In this document: in pieces, positions 53,043-60,891 of the stretch
Layout of the letters: each line of letters begins with the position of its first letter
Position numbering within the stretch: position 1 is the stretch's first letter
The notes under the pieces: model-generated
What the model saw: the letters and a program-made list of their open reading frames with translations, nothing else
Databases searched by the model: none
Told to the model about the DNA's origin: nothing
Position numbers and translations under genes: made by a program
Virus record (IMG/VR): IMGVR_UViG_3300042549_004104
Span: 32,001-96,000 of that record
Length of the DNA stretch: 64,000 nucleotides
From: a virus
Taxonomy: Duplodnaviria; Heunggongvirae; Uroviricota; Caudoviricetes
Strand: one strand, 5' to 3'

Positions 53043-55292
53043 TTATAGTGTTCTATATTGTACTGTCCAAGTAGTATCTGCACTACTTGCTGGAGTAACT
53101 TGTAAGTATAAATTTCCTAAAGATAAACTACATGAAAGTGTACCTGTTGCACCGCCTAATAATACAGTACCATATACTGCATAATCAACATTTGTTCCAT
53201 CTTGCAATGCAGTAACAGTTGCAATACTATATTTGTTTGTCGATGGATAATTATCTTGTTCACCTGTTACATCAAATATTACACCTCTAACATCTGTTAT
53301 ATCAATTGTTGCAATTGTAGATAATGAAGTCGTGCTAGTTACAACTTTGGCTGCTCTAATAGAAGAATCACCAATTATAACATTTCCAACAGTTGCATTA
53401 CCTTGTATAAATGCATTACCTGTAACGTTAGCATAACCTTTAATGTTAGCACCTGTTGTTGTAGCTACAATAACATTAGCTACACCACCAACTGAGGTAG
53501 TTACATTACCACTACTAAAAACAGTTACGTTACTTGTTCCATTACTGATACGATATGTATCAATAGTGCTAAAAGTTAATGTACCGTTACCGTATGTTGT
53601 TAGAACTTGTCCAACGCTACCGTCTGCGGTTGGGTATGTTAAACCACTAGCCTTAAGTGTACTTGTTATATTTGCATTTGCTGATGTAACAGTATTTGTT
53701 ACATTTAAGTTTCCTAACGTGCCTACGTTAGTAATCAAATATTGATTTCCAGTAATAATAGTACCTGACAAATTACCAAGTATTGTATCAACTTTAATAT
53801 TAGCATATGCCCCAGCTACAACCACTTCGCCAGAAAAACTATCAACTTGGCTTATTGCCTCAAACTGATTATTTCCAGTATCCCAGATAAATGCTTGATT
53901 AACAGCAGAAGATCCATTTGCATAATAATTGTGTAGTATAAGACCTCTGTCTTTACCATCGTATGCACTTGCATTACCACCATTTGCAGTTCCACCTAAA
54001 CTAATTAATGGATCTTTAACATCTAAGTTAGTAACGTTGATGTATGTTGTATTACCTGCAACAGTTAAATTACCACTAATAGTGGCATCACCTTGCATTA
54101 TTGCTTCGCCACGAACAGTTAATGATCCGGCAGATATATTATTACCAGCATATAACGCATCAATGTTTAGTACGTTTGCTGTTGCAGTAATGCCACCGCT
54201 TCCAATAAATAGACCTGTTGTAAAAATATTAGCCCATTTTAATGATGAATTACCTAGTGTTAATGTATTATCATTACTTGGTAATAATGATGAATACACT
54301 CTTCCGATTACATTAAGATTACCGGCATTTACTGTATTGTCTATATTAGCATTACCAGTTACTGTTAGGTTTGCTAAAGTACCAACGCTTGTAATATTTG
54401 GCTGTGATGTAGTTGTAAGTACACCACCTAAAAATATAGCGTCCACTGAACCATCACTTGTCAAATTACCAACTGACACATTTCCTGAAACATCTAAAGT
54501 AGACAGTGTTCCTAAACTTGTAATATTGGGTTGTGCCGCTGTTGTTAATGTACCCGATACATAAGTAGCACCGGTTATATTACCTGCACTTATATTCCCG
54601 GTTACATCTAAACTACTTAATGTGCCTACTGATGTGATATTGGGTTGAGCATTGGTTGTTACTGTACCTGCCGTTGTAGCTGATGTTGCTGTGTTAGCAG
54701 TATTTGCGGCATTTGCATTTGATACATATCCAGTTACGTTAGCACCGGTAATACTAGTTAATAAACTTCCATCACCACTAAAATAGTTTGCAGTTGCTAA
54801 GTTACCTAACCCGGCGTTTCCAGTTAAAATATTACCAGTAATTGTTACTAAACCGTTTGCCTTAATGTATGTAAATCCAGAAAATGAATTTGCAAAACCG
54901 CCATCATTTATAACTACGCCGGTCGATGTTCCTGGAATTGTAATATTACCACTAATGTTACCTATAACATTACCAACAAAGTTCGCTGCCTGTACATTAC
55001 CAATAACAACTAATGCACTGTTTGCATTTTGCCAAATTAAGTTTGCACTAGCACCAAATTCACCACCTTCGTAATATTGAATTTGACCATTTGCACTACC
55101 AGCTGGTTGTTGAAAGTCCCACGGTGTACCATCAAGATGTAACAAGCTATCTGTCTTAACAGCGGTGTTTGCTTGAACGTTCCCAGTTAGTGTAGCGTTA
55201 CCAGTAGTGATATCACCATTAGCTAATATAACTGTGGTTGGGACTTCACCTACTGAAAAACCACCTACTGAGTTAAATGTTCTAATTGCCAT
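53043..55292 (-). CDS. Asn-rich fibre shaft protein (749 aa)
   Basis: N-terminal FNSVGGFSVG, QPNITS repeats, KDPLISLGG...KDRGL domain, and C-terminal DG..V.Y.VYG...L.VTP domain. Confidence 0.82.
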   Translation of the reverse strand: MAIRTFNSVGGFSVGEVPTTVILANGDITTGNATLTGNVQANTAVKTDSLLHLDGTPWDFQQPAGSANGQIQYYEGGEFGASANLIWQNANSALVVIGNVQAANFVGNVIGNISGNITIPGTSTGVVINDGGFANSFSGFTYIKANGLVTITGNILTGNAGLGNLATANYFSGDGSLLTSITGANVTGYVSNANAANTANTATSATTAGTVTTNAQPNITSVGTLSSLDVTGNISAGNITGATYVSGTLTTAAQPNITSLGTLSTLDVSGNVSVGNLTSDGSVDAIFLGGVLTTTSQPNITSVGTLANLTVTGNANIDNTVNAGNLNVIGRVYSSLLPSNDNTLTLGNSSLKWANIFTTGLFIGSGGITATANVLNIDALYAGNNISAGSLTVRGEAIMQGDATISGNLTVAGNTTYINVTNLDVKDPLISLGGTANGGNASAYDGKDRGLILHNYYANGSSAVNQAFIWDTGNNQFEAISQVDSFSGEVVVAGAYANIKVDTILGNLSGTIITGNQYLITNVGTLGNLNVTNTVTSANANITSTLKASGLTYPTADGSVGQVLTTYGNGTLTFSTIDTYRISNGTSNVTVFSSGNVTTSVGGVANVIVATTTGANIKGYANVTGNAFIQGNATVGNVIIGDSSIRAAKVVTSTTSLSTIATIDITDVRGVIFDVTGEQDNYPSTNKYSIATVTALQDGTNVDYAVYGTVLLGGATGTLSCSLSLGNLYLQVTPASSADTTWTVQYRTL

Positions 55293-55303
55293 TTTATTTT
55301 TCC

Positions 55304-55999
55304 TTATTCTTTATAACTTGTTATCATAATTTTGTAATCTACTAAATTTGATGTTACCGGGGTCACAACTAAAGTGACACTACTTGTTCCTGCATCATAT
55401 AGTATTTTAAAATCTCCAACGCCGGGTCCTATTTCAGGGACATCGATAGATCCATATTCGTAATATCCCACTTCAGTACCCAATATAGTACCAAACAATT
55501 TACTTGTTTGTCTGTTCATCCCAATAGCATCAGTTGCGATTACAGTGTAATCAACTGAACAAATTGTATTAGCAGGGATGCTGTGTAGCACTTGTTCTGG
55601 TGCTGAACTTACGGTTGTCGCAAACATTACGCTTGTAGTAGAAAACTCATTTACACCTGTTCCAACTGTGATAGTATCTGTGATTAAATCACCTTGTACT
55701 GTAAGAATATTATTTTCATAATTATAGGTGAGAGTTTGACTTGCTCCTGCAAATCCATCTTCGTTGAAAATGACATATGTATCTAATCCAGGAACAACAA
55801 AGTTACCTACAATGTTGCCTTGAAATGAACCAATAAACAAATTTGAAGTTATAGTTCCAGATACAACCTGATCACCCTCAATAATTACATTGCCTATCAC
55901 TGCTTCTGGTACAGTTAAATTTCCGTTGCTATCTAAAATAGGTATAGGAGGTATACCTATCGTATAACCGCCTTTTGAATTGAATGGATCTGCTGCCAT
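55304..55999 (-). CDS. first protein of the fibre cluster, possible anchor to the virion
   Basis: Probable start is ATG 55999 (MAADPFNSKGGYTIG) rather than TTG 56011; divergent copy of the shared C-terminal domain (YYEYGSI...L.VTP). Confidence 0.75.
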   Translation of the reverse strand: MAADPFNSKGGYTIGIPPIPILDSNGNLTVPEAVIGNVIIEGDQVVSGTITSNLFIGSFQGNIVGNFVVPGLDTYVIFNEDGFAGASQTLTYNYENNILTVQGDLITDTITVGTGVNEFSTTSVMFATTVSSAPEQVLHSIPANTICSVDYTVIATDAIGMNRQTSKLFGTILGTEVGYYEYGSIDVPEIGPGVGDFKILYDAGTSSVTLVVTPVTSNLVDYKIMITSYKE

Positions 56000-56027
56000 G
56001 TATGGTCCCAAATATTATCTTATCTCT

Positions 56028-56035
56028 TATTTATC
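56028..56035 (-). promoter_or_regulatory. putative T4-like late promoter GATAAATA
   Basis: Lies downstream of the capsid terminator and upstream of the fibre cluster. Confidence 0.62.
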
Positions 56036-56064
56036 ATTTTTCGACAATATGAGATTTCGTGTCC

Positions 56065-56091
56065 AACAAAAAAGGCTCCGAAGAGCCTTTT
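56065..56091 (-). terminator. Rho-independent terminator after the major capsid gene, C(UUCG)G loop
   Basis: The minus strand reads AAAAGGCTC-TTCG-GAGCCTTTTTTGTT; may be bidirectional. Confidence 0.9.
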
Positions 56092-56131
56092 AAGTAACTT
56101 CCCATCCCGAGGGTAAAAAGTTTGATTCCGA

Positions 56132-57334
56132 TTATTGGAATGTTAAATTGCTGACCGCAATTTCACCTAAGTAGTCAGCGGCATTACCGAAACTACTTGC
56201 TGTGTTTGTCAACTCAATGTAACCATAACGTGTCATAAATGATACGACTGGTTCGAAAGTTGATGGATCTAGAACAACACCACTTGACATCAATGGGATG
56301 TATGGGCAGTAGAATGCGGCTGCATCTGTTTCACTAGAACCTTTGTATCCGACTAATACGGCTGCATCATCTGCGGCGTATGTGTTAACGAATACACGCA
56401 TAGCACCATTCAATGTACCAACAAACTTAGTGTTTGTAGGTGCTTCAAATGTACCTTCTGTTGTACGTGCGAATGCACTTGTTGTTGCAGACTGTAGAAC
56501 TGTCAATGCAGCTGGTGAAACAACTGCCCAGTTACCTGCACCACGACGTGTGCGTTGAGCAATCAAGTTAGCAACACGATTGATAAGAACTGCCAATGCG
56601 GCATGTTCGTCACCAACGAATGTAGCTGTACCAGATACAGTAGCTTGGTTGAATGTGAATTCAGTTGTAGCTAATGTGCTTAATGACAATAGAATTTCTT
56701 GGTCAATTTCAGCAGTAATTTCTTGTGCTAAAGCTGCCATGATTTCTGCTTCTACATCAATACCATGTTGAGACTGTGCATCTTGTGCTGCCTCAAATGT
56801 CCAACGTGCTTGCAATTTACGTGACTTAGCTTCAACAGCTTGACGTAGAATTTGAACGGAGATCTGACGACCACCATTGCCTTCTAAACTTGCTGTGTCT
56901 GCGCCAGTGTAGCTAGTAACTGTTGGGTTAGAAGCACCACCTGGTGTACGTGAATATGCTTGAGCAATTTTGAATGGACTCAATGCTTCTTCACCAGCTG
57001 TTACACTTGTGCCTGCCGCGCTGTTGTCTGTTAAAGACTGAGCATAACGAACACGTAGAGTGTGAATTTGACCAACTGGTCCTGTCATTGGCTGAACACC
57101 AACCAACTCGTTAGCGATAACTGTTGGCATGACACGACGGATAACTGGTAGAATCACACGGTTTAATGTAGCGATGTTACCTGCTGTTGTTGTACCAGCT
57201 GAAGATTCAGATAGTAATTGTTTGCGAGTATTTTCAAGAATAACTTGCATTGTTGAGCGGCGAGTACCTTTAAGACCTTCAAGTAGGGCTTCTTTGGTCT
57301 CGTCCCAACGGCTTTCTAATAGAACTTGTGACAT
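56132..57334 (-). CDS. gp23: major capsid protein (T4 gp23-like)
   Basis: VIRRVMPTVIANELVGVQPMTGPVGQIHTLR, VEAKSRKLQARWT.EAAQD, EI..EIDQEI, YCPYIPL, FEPVVSFMTRYG; AGGAG RBS. Confidence 0.96.
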   Translation of the reverse strand: MSQVLLESRWDETKEALLEGLKGTRRSTMQVILENTRKQLLSESSAGTTTAGNIATLNRVILPVIRRVMPTVIANELVGVQPMTGPVGQIHTLRVRYAQSLTDNSAAGTSVTAGEEALSPFKIAQAYSRTPGGASNPTVTSYTGADTASLEGNGGRQISVQILRQAVEAKSRKLQARWTFEAAQDAQSQHGIDVEAEIMAALAQEITAEIDQEILLSLSTLATTEFTFNQATVSGTATFVGDEHAALAVLINRVANLIAQRTRRGAGNWAVVSPAALTVLQSATTSAFARTTEGTFEAPTNTKFVGTLNGAMRVFVNTYAADDAAVLVGYKGSSETDAAAFYCPYIPLMSSGVVLDPSTFEPVVSFMTRYGYIELTNTASSFGNAADYLGEIAVSNLTFQ

Positions 57335-57364
57335 TTTTATATTCTCCTAATATGTCTTTTTTAA

Positions 57365-58462
57365 TTAAAGCCCTGCCAAACGTCTTATGTCGATTACGTT
57401 ATCACGTGGCTCAACTTCAACTTGTTTAATGGCAGCTTTATCTCCAGTAACTTCTTTACCTTCTGAAAGAACGGGTTTTTTATTCTCTTTCTTTTCATTG
57501 ATATTGTTAAGTACTGCTGGTAGATACTTATCGAAAGCGACCTGTAGACGAGGTGTTTGGACGCTTTCTAGTAAATCACGCATTATTGATGCTTTTTCCT
57601 CATTAAGAGTTCCAAGCAATTCTTCCATTGTCTTTTGACGGACATTAGATTCTTTAATAATACGAACTTCACGTTCTTTTGATTCAATCAACTTCTTAGC
57701 GTTGCTGATTGTTTTAATAGACTCAGCTAATTGTTCATCTTTTGAATTTAGTTGAGTTATCAACTTGCGAGTTTCAGCCTTATCATTTAGATAAGTACCA
57801 GAATATTCACTTGCAAAAGATTCAAAGATACGGCGACCAAAATCGTTTTCACGTGCGATCTTAATATCTTCTTTTAATTGGCTTATTTCACCCTTTAGAT
57901 GTTTAGTAACGGTTTGATTCATTCTTGAAGCAGATTCAACAACAAAACGTTGTTTTAGTGCTTCTAGTTGTTTCTTACCTTCTGCAACTAACTTGACCTT
58001 TGCTTCAACTACAGCTTGTTTGTCTTGTGCGAATTCTTTAATTTCACGTGAAAGAGCATGAACAATAAATTGTTCTAACTTTTCTTGACTTTCTAATTGT
58101 AATTTGCGTTCATTACGTAGTTCTTTAATTTCTTCACTTAGTTTTTCAACCATGAAGTTATTGAACTTGGCTGCATTTTCATGTAGCTTACGTTTTGCAT
58201 TTACGCGGTCTTCGTTCATTGCTTGTCTTTCAAGATTAAATTCTTCAATCTCTGTTGACAAACTTTCTGTTACCATTTTATCAAGGGCTTCAACCATTAT
58301 GTCTTTGTCATGTTCATAACGTTGTGCAAATTCCTCTCGGAGTTCTGCACGTACTTGTTCTTTGGCTTCATTTAATTTAGATTCCCATGCCTCGTTTATA
58401 GCTTGGCTAGTTTCTTCATTAATAATTCCAGATTCAAGTAATGGTTTGATAGCATCTAACAT
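57365..58462 (-). CDS. gp22: prohead core/scaffold protein (T4 gp22-like)
   Basis: Glu/Lys-rich coiled coil located between the protease and capsid genes. Confidence 0.85.
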   Translation of the reverse strand: MLDAIKPLLESGIINEETSQAINEAWESKLNEAKEQVRAELREEFAQRYEHDKDIMVEALDKMVTESLSTEIEEFNLERQAMNEDRVNAKRKLHENAAKFNNFMVEKLSEEIKELRNERKLQLESQEKLEQFIVHALSREIKEFAQDKQAVVEAKVKLVAEGKKQLEALKQRFVVESASRMNQTVTKHLKGEISQLKEDIKIARENDFGRRIFESFASEYSGTYLNDKAETRKLITQLNSKDEQLAESIKTISNAKKLIESKEREVRIIKESNVRQKTMEELLGTLNEEKASIMRDLLESVQTPRLQVAFDKYLPAVLNNINEKKENKKPVLSEGKEVTGDKAAIKQVEVEPRDNVIDIRRLAGL

Positions 58463-58474
58463 GCTGTATTCCCC

Positions 58475-59110
58475 TTATTTAATTTTGAGGTCCTTGATGA
58501 GGCGTGTTACTTCCTCACGTAGGTATCTCTGAACTTTACTGTCGTTCTGTGCATCTTTTGCAATATCCAACATTCTATGTCCATGCTTCATATTCATCAT
58601 GCCTTCATAGATTGCTTTAGGGTATGCATTAGGTGCACTTGGCTGTGCGACAATATCCACAGTGACTATTTCAAAGTCACTAACCTTTCCATTAACATCG
58701 TCAACGTTACCGCTGCCTCTGCTTGAAACTCCTAATTTCACTCCACTTTCCAACATAGTAGATACTAACTGTCCCATTGGAGTAGGTAAAATTTTTAATT
58801 TGCCAAATCCATTTGCACCATCCATCCACATACTACTAATCATATGTGATACACGGTCTAAATTGATTTTTAAATCATCCGGGTGATCTACCTCACCTAA
58901 TACAGAATAACCTTCTGATATTTGTTTGTTTAAAGTTTCTACGGCGTTTTCAATTTCAGATACGGGGTAAACTCGCTCATTTGCGTTTTTTACCCCACCC
59001 TGAATGAAGATGCCTTTCATATAAAGGCTCTTCAAACTACCTTCACCAGAGCTTTCTACAACCATGCTAGCACGGTCGAAAGTTAGGTGTTCTTTAAGAT
59101 ACAAAGCCAT
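58475..59110 (-). CDS. gp21: prohead protease (T4 gp21-like)
   Basis: GIFIQG...N.NERVYP, LGEVDHP, VSH, TPMG, GVSSRGSG and DIVAQPSAP.A. Confidence 0.95.
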   Translation of the reverse strand: MALYLKEHLTFDRASMVVESSGEGSLKSLYMKGIFIQGGVKNANERVYPVSEIENAVETLNKQISEGYSVLGEVDHPDDLKINLDRVSHMISSMWMDGANGFGKLKILPTPMGQLVSTMLESGVKLGVSSRGSGNVDDVNGKVSDFEIVTVDIVAQPSAPNAYPKAIYEGMMNMKHGHRMLDIAKDAQNDSKVQRYLREEVTRLIKDLKIK

Positions 59111-59125
59111 TATCTTAGGTATTCT

Positions 59126-59956
59126 TTACTTAACAATTTTCTTAGTGATCTTGCGTGACTCACTAGTGATTGATTTTGCATTGCTACCATTATCACCATG
59201 TGTTGGTTTTGGTGCAGCTTCACCTTTTTCAGAGAAGTTGTTTTTACCTGGAGCATTTTTAAATTGTCCTGCGCCTTTTAGGTCTTTAGTAGCTGGGTTC
59301 AATACACCACCTTGTGTACCACCTTTGCCGCCGTCACCTGTTGTGAAGTTAACAGCTTTTGCACCGTTAGCAGATACTTTAGAACCGCCGCTTACGATAG
59401 ACTTAGCATTTTGGCCATTGTCACCGTGTACTGGATTTTTAACTGCGATTAGATTTGTAGATTCTTCAAGAGTATCTTCTTCTTCAGATTCTTCGGATTC
59501 TTCTAAGTCATCTTCTTCTTTGGCTTCCATCATCTCATCGCCCATGTCGTCACCGTTCATGTCGTCATATTCTTCACTGCCTTCTTTGCCCATGAGTTCT
59601 TCGAATTCAGCCATCAACTCGTCTAGTTTATCTTCTAAATCAACTACGCGGTCTTCTAAATCACCTTCTTCTTCGCCGCCCATTTCATCACTGTCTAGGT
59701 CGACTTCCATATCACCTTCGCCGTCATCCATTTCAATGTCAGCAAATTCATCTTCTTCTTCGGTCATGCCTTGTTCTTCAGCAGAGATTTCATCTAGTAA
59801 ACCTTCAACTGGGCTGTCTGTCATTTCTTCGTCCATCATTGATTCATAGATTTCGCGGCTTTTCTCAACTACGATATCGTGAAATAATGCACGGGCTTGA
59901 TCCTCGTTCTCATTGATAATTAAGTCAATCAGTTTTTCAAATTTTTTGTTATCCAT
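59126..59956 (-). CDS. highly acidic prohead core/internal protein (positional analogue of T4 gp67/gp68)
   Basis: Asp/Glu-rich; sits between portal and protease; LEE-type putative gp21 cleavage sites; two HGDNG.NAKSI repeats; AGGAG RBS. Confidence 0.65.
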   Translation of the reverse strand: MDNKKFEKLIDLIINENEDQARALFHDIVVEKSREIYESMMDEEMTDSPVEGLLDEISAEEQGMTEEEDEFADIEMDDGEGDMEVDLDSDEMGGEEEGDLEDRVVDLEDKLDELMAEFEELMGKEGSEEYDDMNGDDMGDEMMEAKEEDDLEESEESEEEDTLEESTNLIAVKNPVHGDNGQNAKSIVSGGSKVSANGAKAVNFTTGDGGKGGTQGGVLNPATKDLKGAGQFKNAPGKNNFSEKGEAAPKPTHGDNGSNAKSITSESRKITKKIVK

Positions 59957-59993
59957 TATGTGGTTCTCCTGAGTTAAATGGCTTGTGTAGAAT

Positions 59994-60001
59994 TATTTAT
60001 A
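59994..60001 (-). promoter_or_regulatory. T4 consensus late promoter TATAAATA
   Basis: Exact T4 gp55 consensus upstream of the core-protease-scaffold-capsid operon. Confidence 0.75.
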
Positions 60002-60070
60002 GAGTATGTGCCAAAACAGCACAATAAGATAGTATTTTTTGCGTTTTTAGCAAAGATATACCAAAATTGA

Positions 60071-60295
60071 TTATAAACCAGGTGTTTCTGGTGCTATAGG
60101 AGTATATTGTTTACGAACTTTTTTAAGATTTTTTGCTTTTTCAAAATTACGCACATCAAGCATCTTACGTAATTTACGTACCTGTCTTAATGTTAATTTT
60201 GTTTTTCTAGTTTCACCCCATTTCCATTTACTCTGGTCCTGGCCAGGATCTTGGTAACCTTGAATCGGGGCGTCATACATTTCAAAAAGTTTCAT
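60071..60295 (-). CDS. small basic hypothetical protein in the head module
   Basis: 74 aa, TRKTKLTLRQVRKLRKM; AATAAATA lies 5 nt upstream of the ATG. Confidence 0.75.
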   Translation of the reverse strand: MKLFEMYDAPIQGYQDPGQDQSKWKWGETRKTKLTLRQVRKLRKMLDVRNFEKAKNLKKVRKQYTPIAPETPGL

Positions 60296-60300
60296 ATAAC

Positions 60301-60308
60301 TATTTATT
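60301..60308 (-). promoter_or_regulatory. putative late promoter AATAAATA
   Basis: Overlaps the methyltransferase stop; 5 nt before ATG 60295. Confidence 0.55.
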
Positions 60309-60891
60309 ATTTTTTATATTTATGTCCAATATTGGACTTAGTATCTACAATACGTTGTAGGAATTGGTCGCTATAAGTCTCGTCTTTAAGAAAAACTGCA
60401 ACAAAATCATCCCAACCTCCACCTTGTTGAACATACGATTCTAAAAGGATATTATTGATATTGTTTCTTTTACCCCAGGTAATTAATGCTTTACCTGCAT
60501 CTGGATAAAATCTCCAGCAATCAACTGGGTATTTATGTACTGCCCCTACAGTAGGAGCACATAAGTAAAACAATCCTTTTGGTTTTAATATTCTCATAAT
60601 TTCTAAATATGATAACCAAAACAATTCACTGTGTTCAAAACAACTACTTGATACAATTATATCTACAGAATTATTTTCTAACGGAAAAGAATATGCATCT
60701 GTTAATACAATATCTACACCGTTTGCTTTTTGAAAATCCAATCCCACATATTCTGCTTCAACAGGACATGCTTCTTTTAAGCTACCGTTAACATTCTGTG
60801 ACCCAATTTCAACCACTTTAACTCTATCAGAGAATGAATTATAATATGTAGTAAAGAACTCTTTACCACTTTGCATTGCGGTAGTATGCAT
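60307..60891 (-). CDS. class I SAM-dependent methyltransferase
   Basis: VVEIGS (motif I), YVGLD, DIIVSSSCFEH, RILKPKG and H.YPVDCWRF. Confidence 0.85.
   Translation of the reverse strand: MHTTAMQSGKEFFTTYYNSFSDRVKVVEIGSQNVNGSLKEACPVEAEYVGLDFQKANGVDIVLTDAYSFPLENNSVDIIVSSSCFEHSELFWLSYLEIMRILKPKGLFYLCAPTVGAVHKYPVDCWRFYPDAGKALITWGKRNNINNILLESYVQQGGGWDDFVAVFLKDETYSDQFLQRIVDTKSNIGHKYKK

Noticed and set aside
14613-55292. Cellular autotransporter/haemagglutinin or eukaryotic giant-virus origin for the Asn-rich repeat proteins
   Set aside because: No signal peptides or beta-barrel ends; the genes are flanked by T4-like gp20-gp23 with SD sequences and T4-type late promoters.
56096-56122. Second weak hairpin just after the capsid stop codon
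   Set aside because: Short, imperfect stem; the C(UUCG)G hairpin at 56065-56091 already explains termination.
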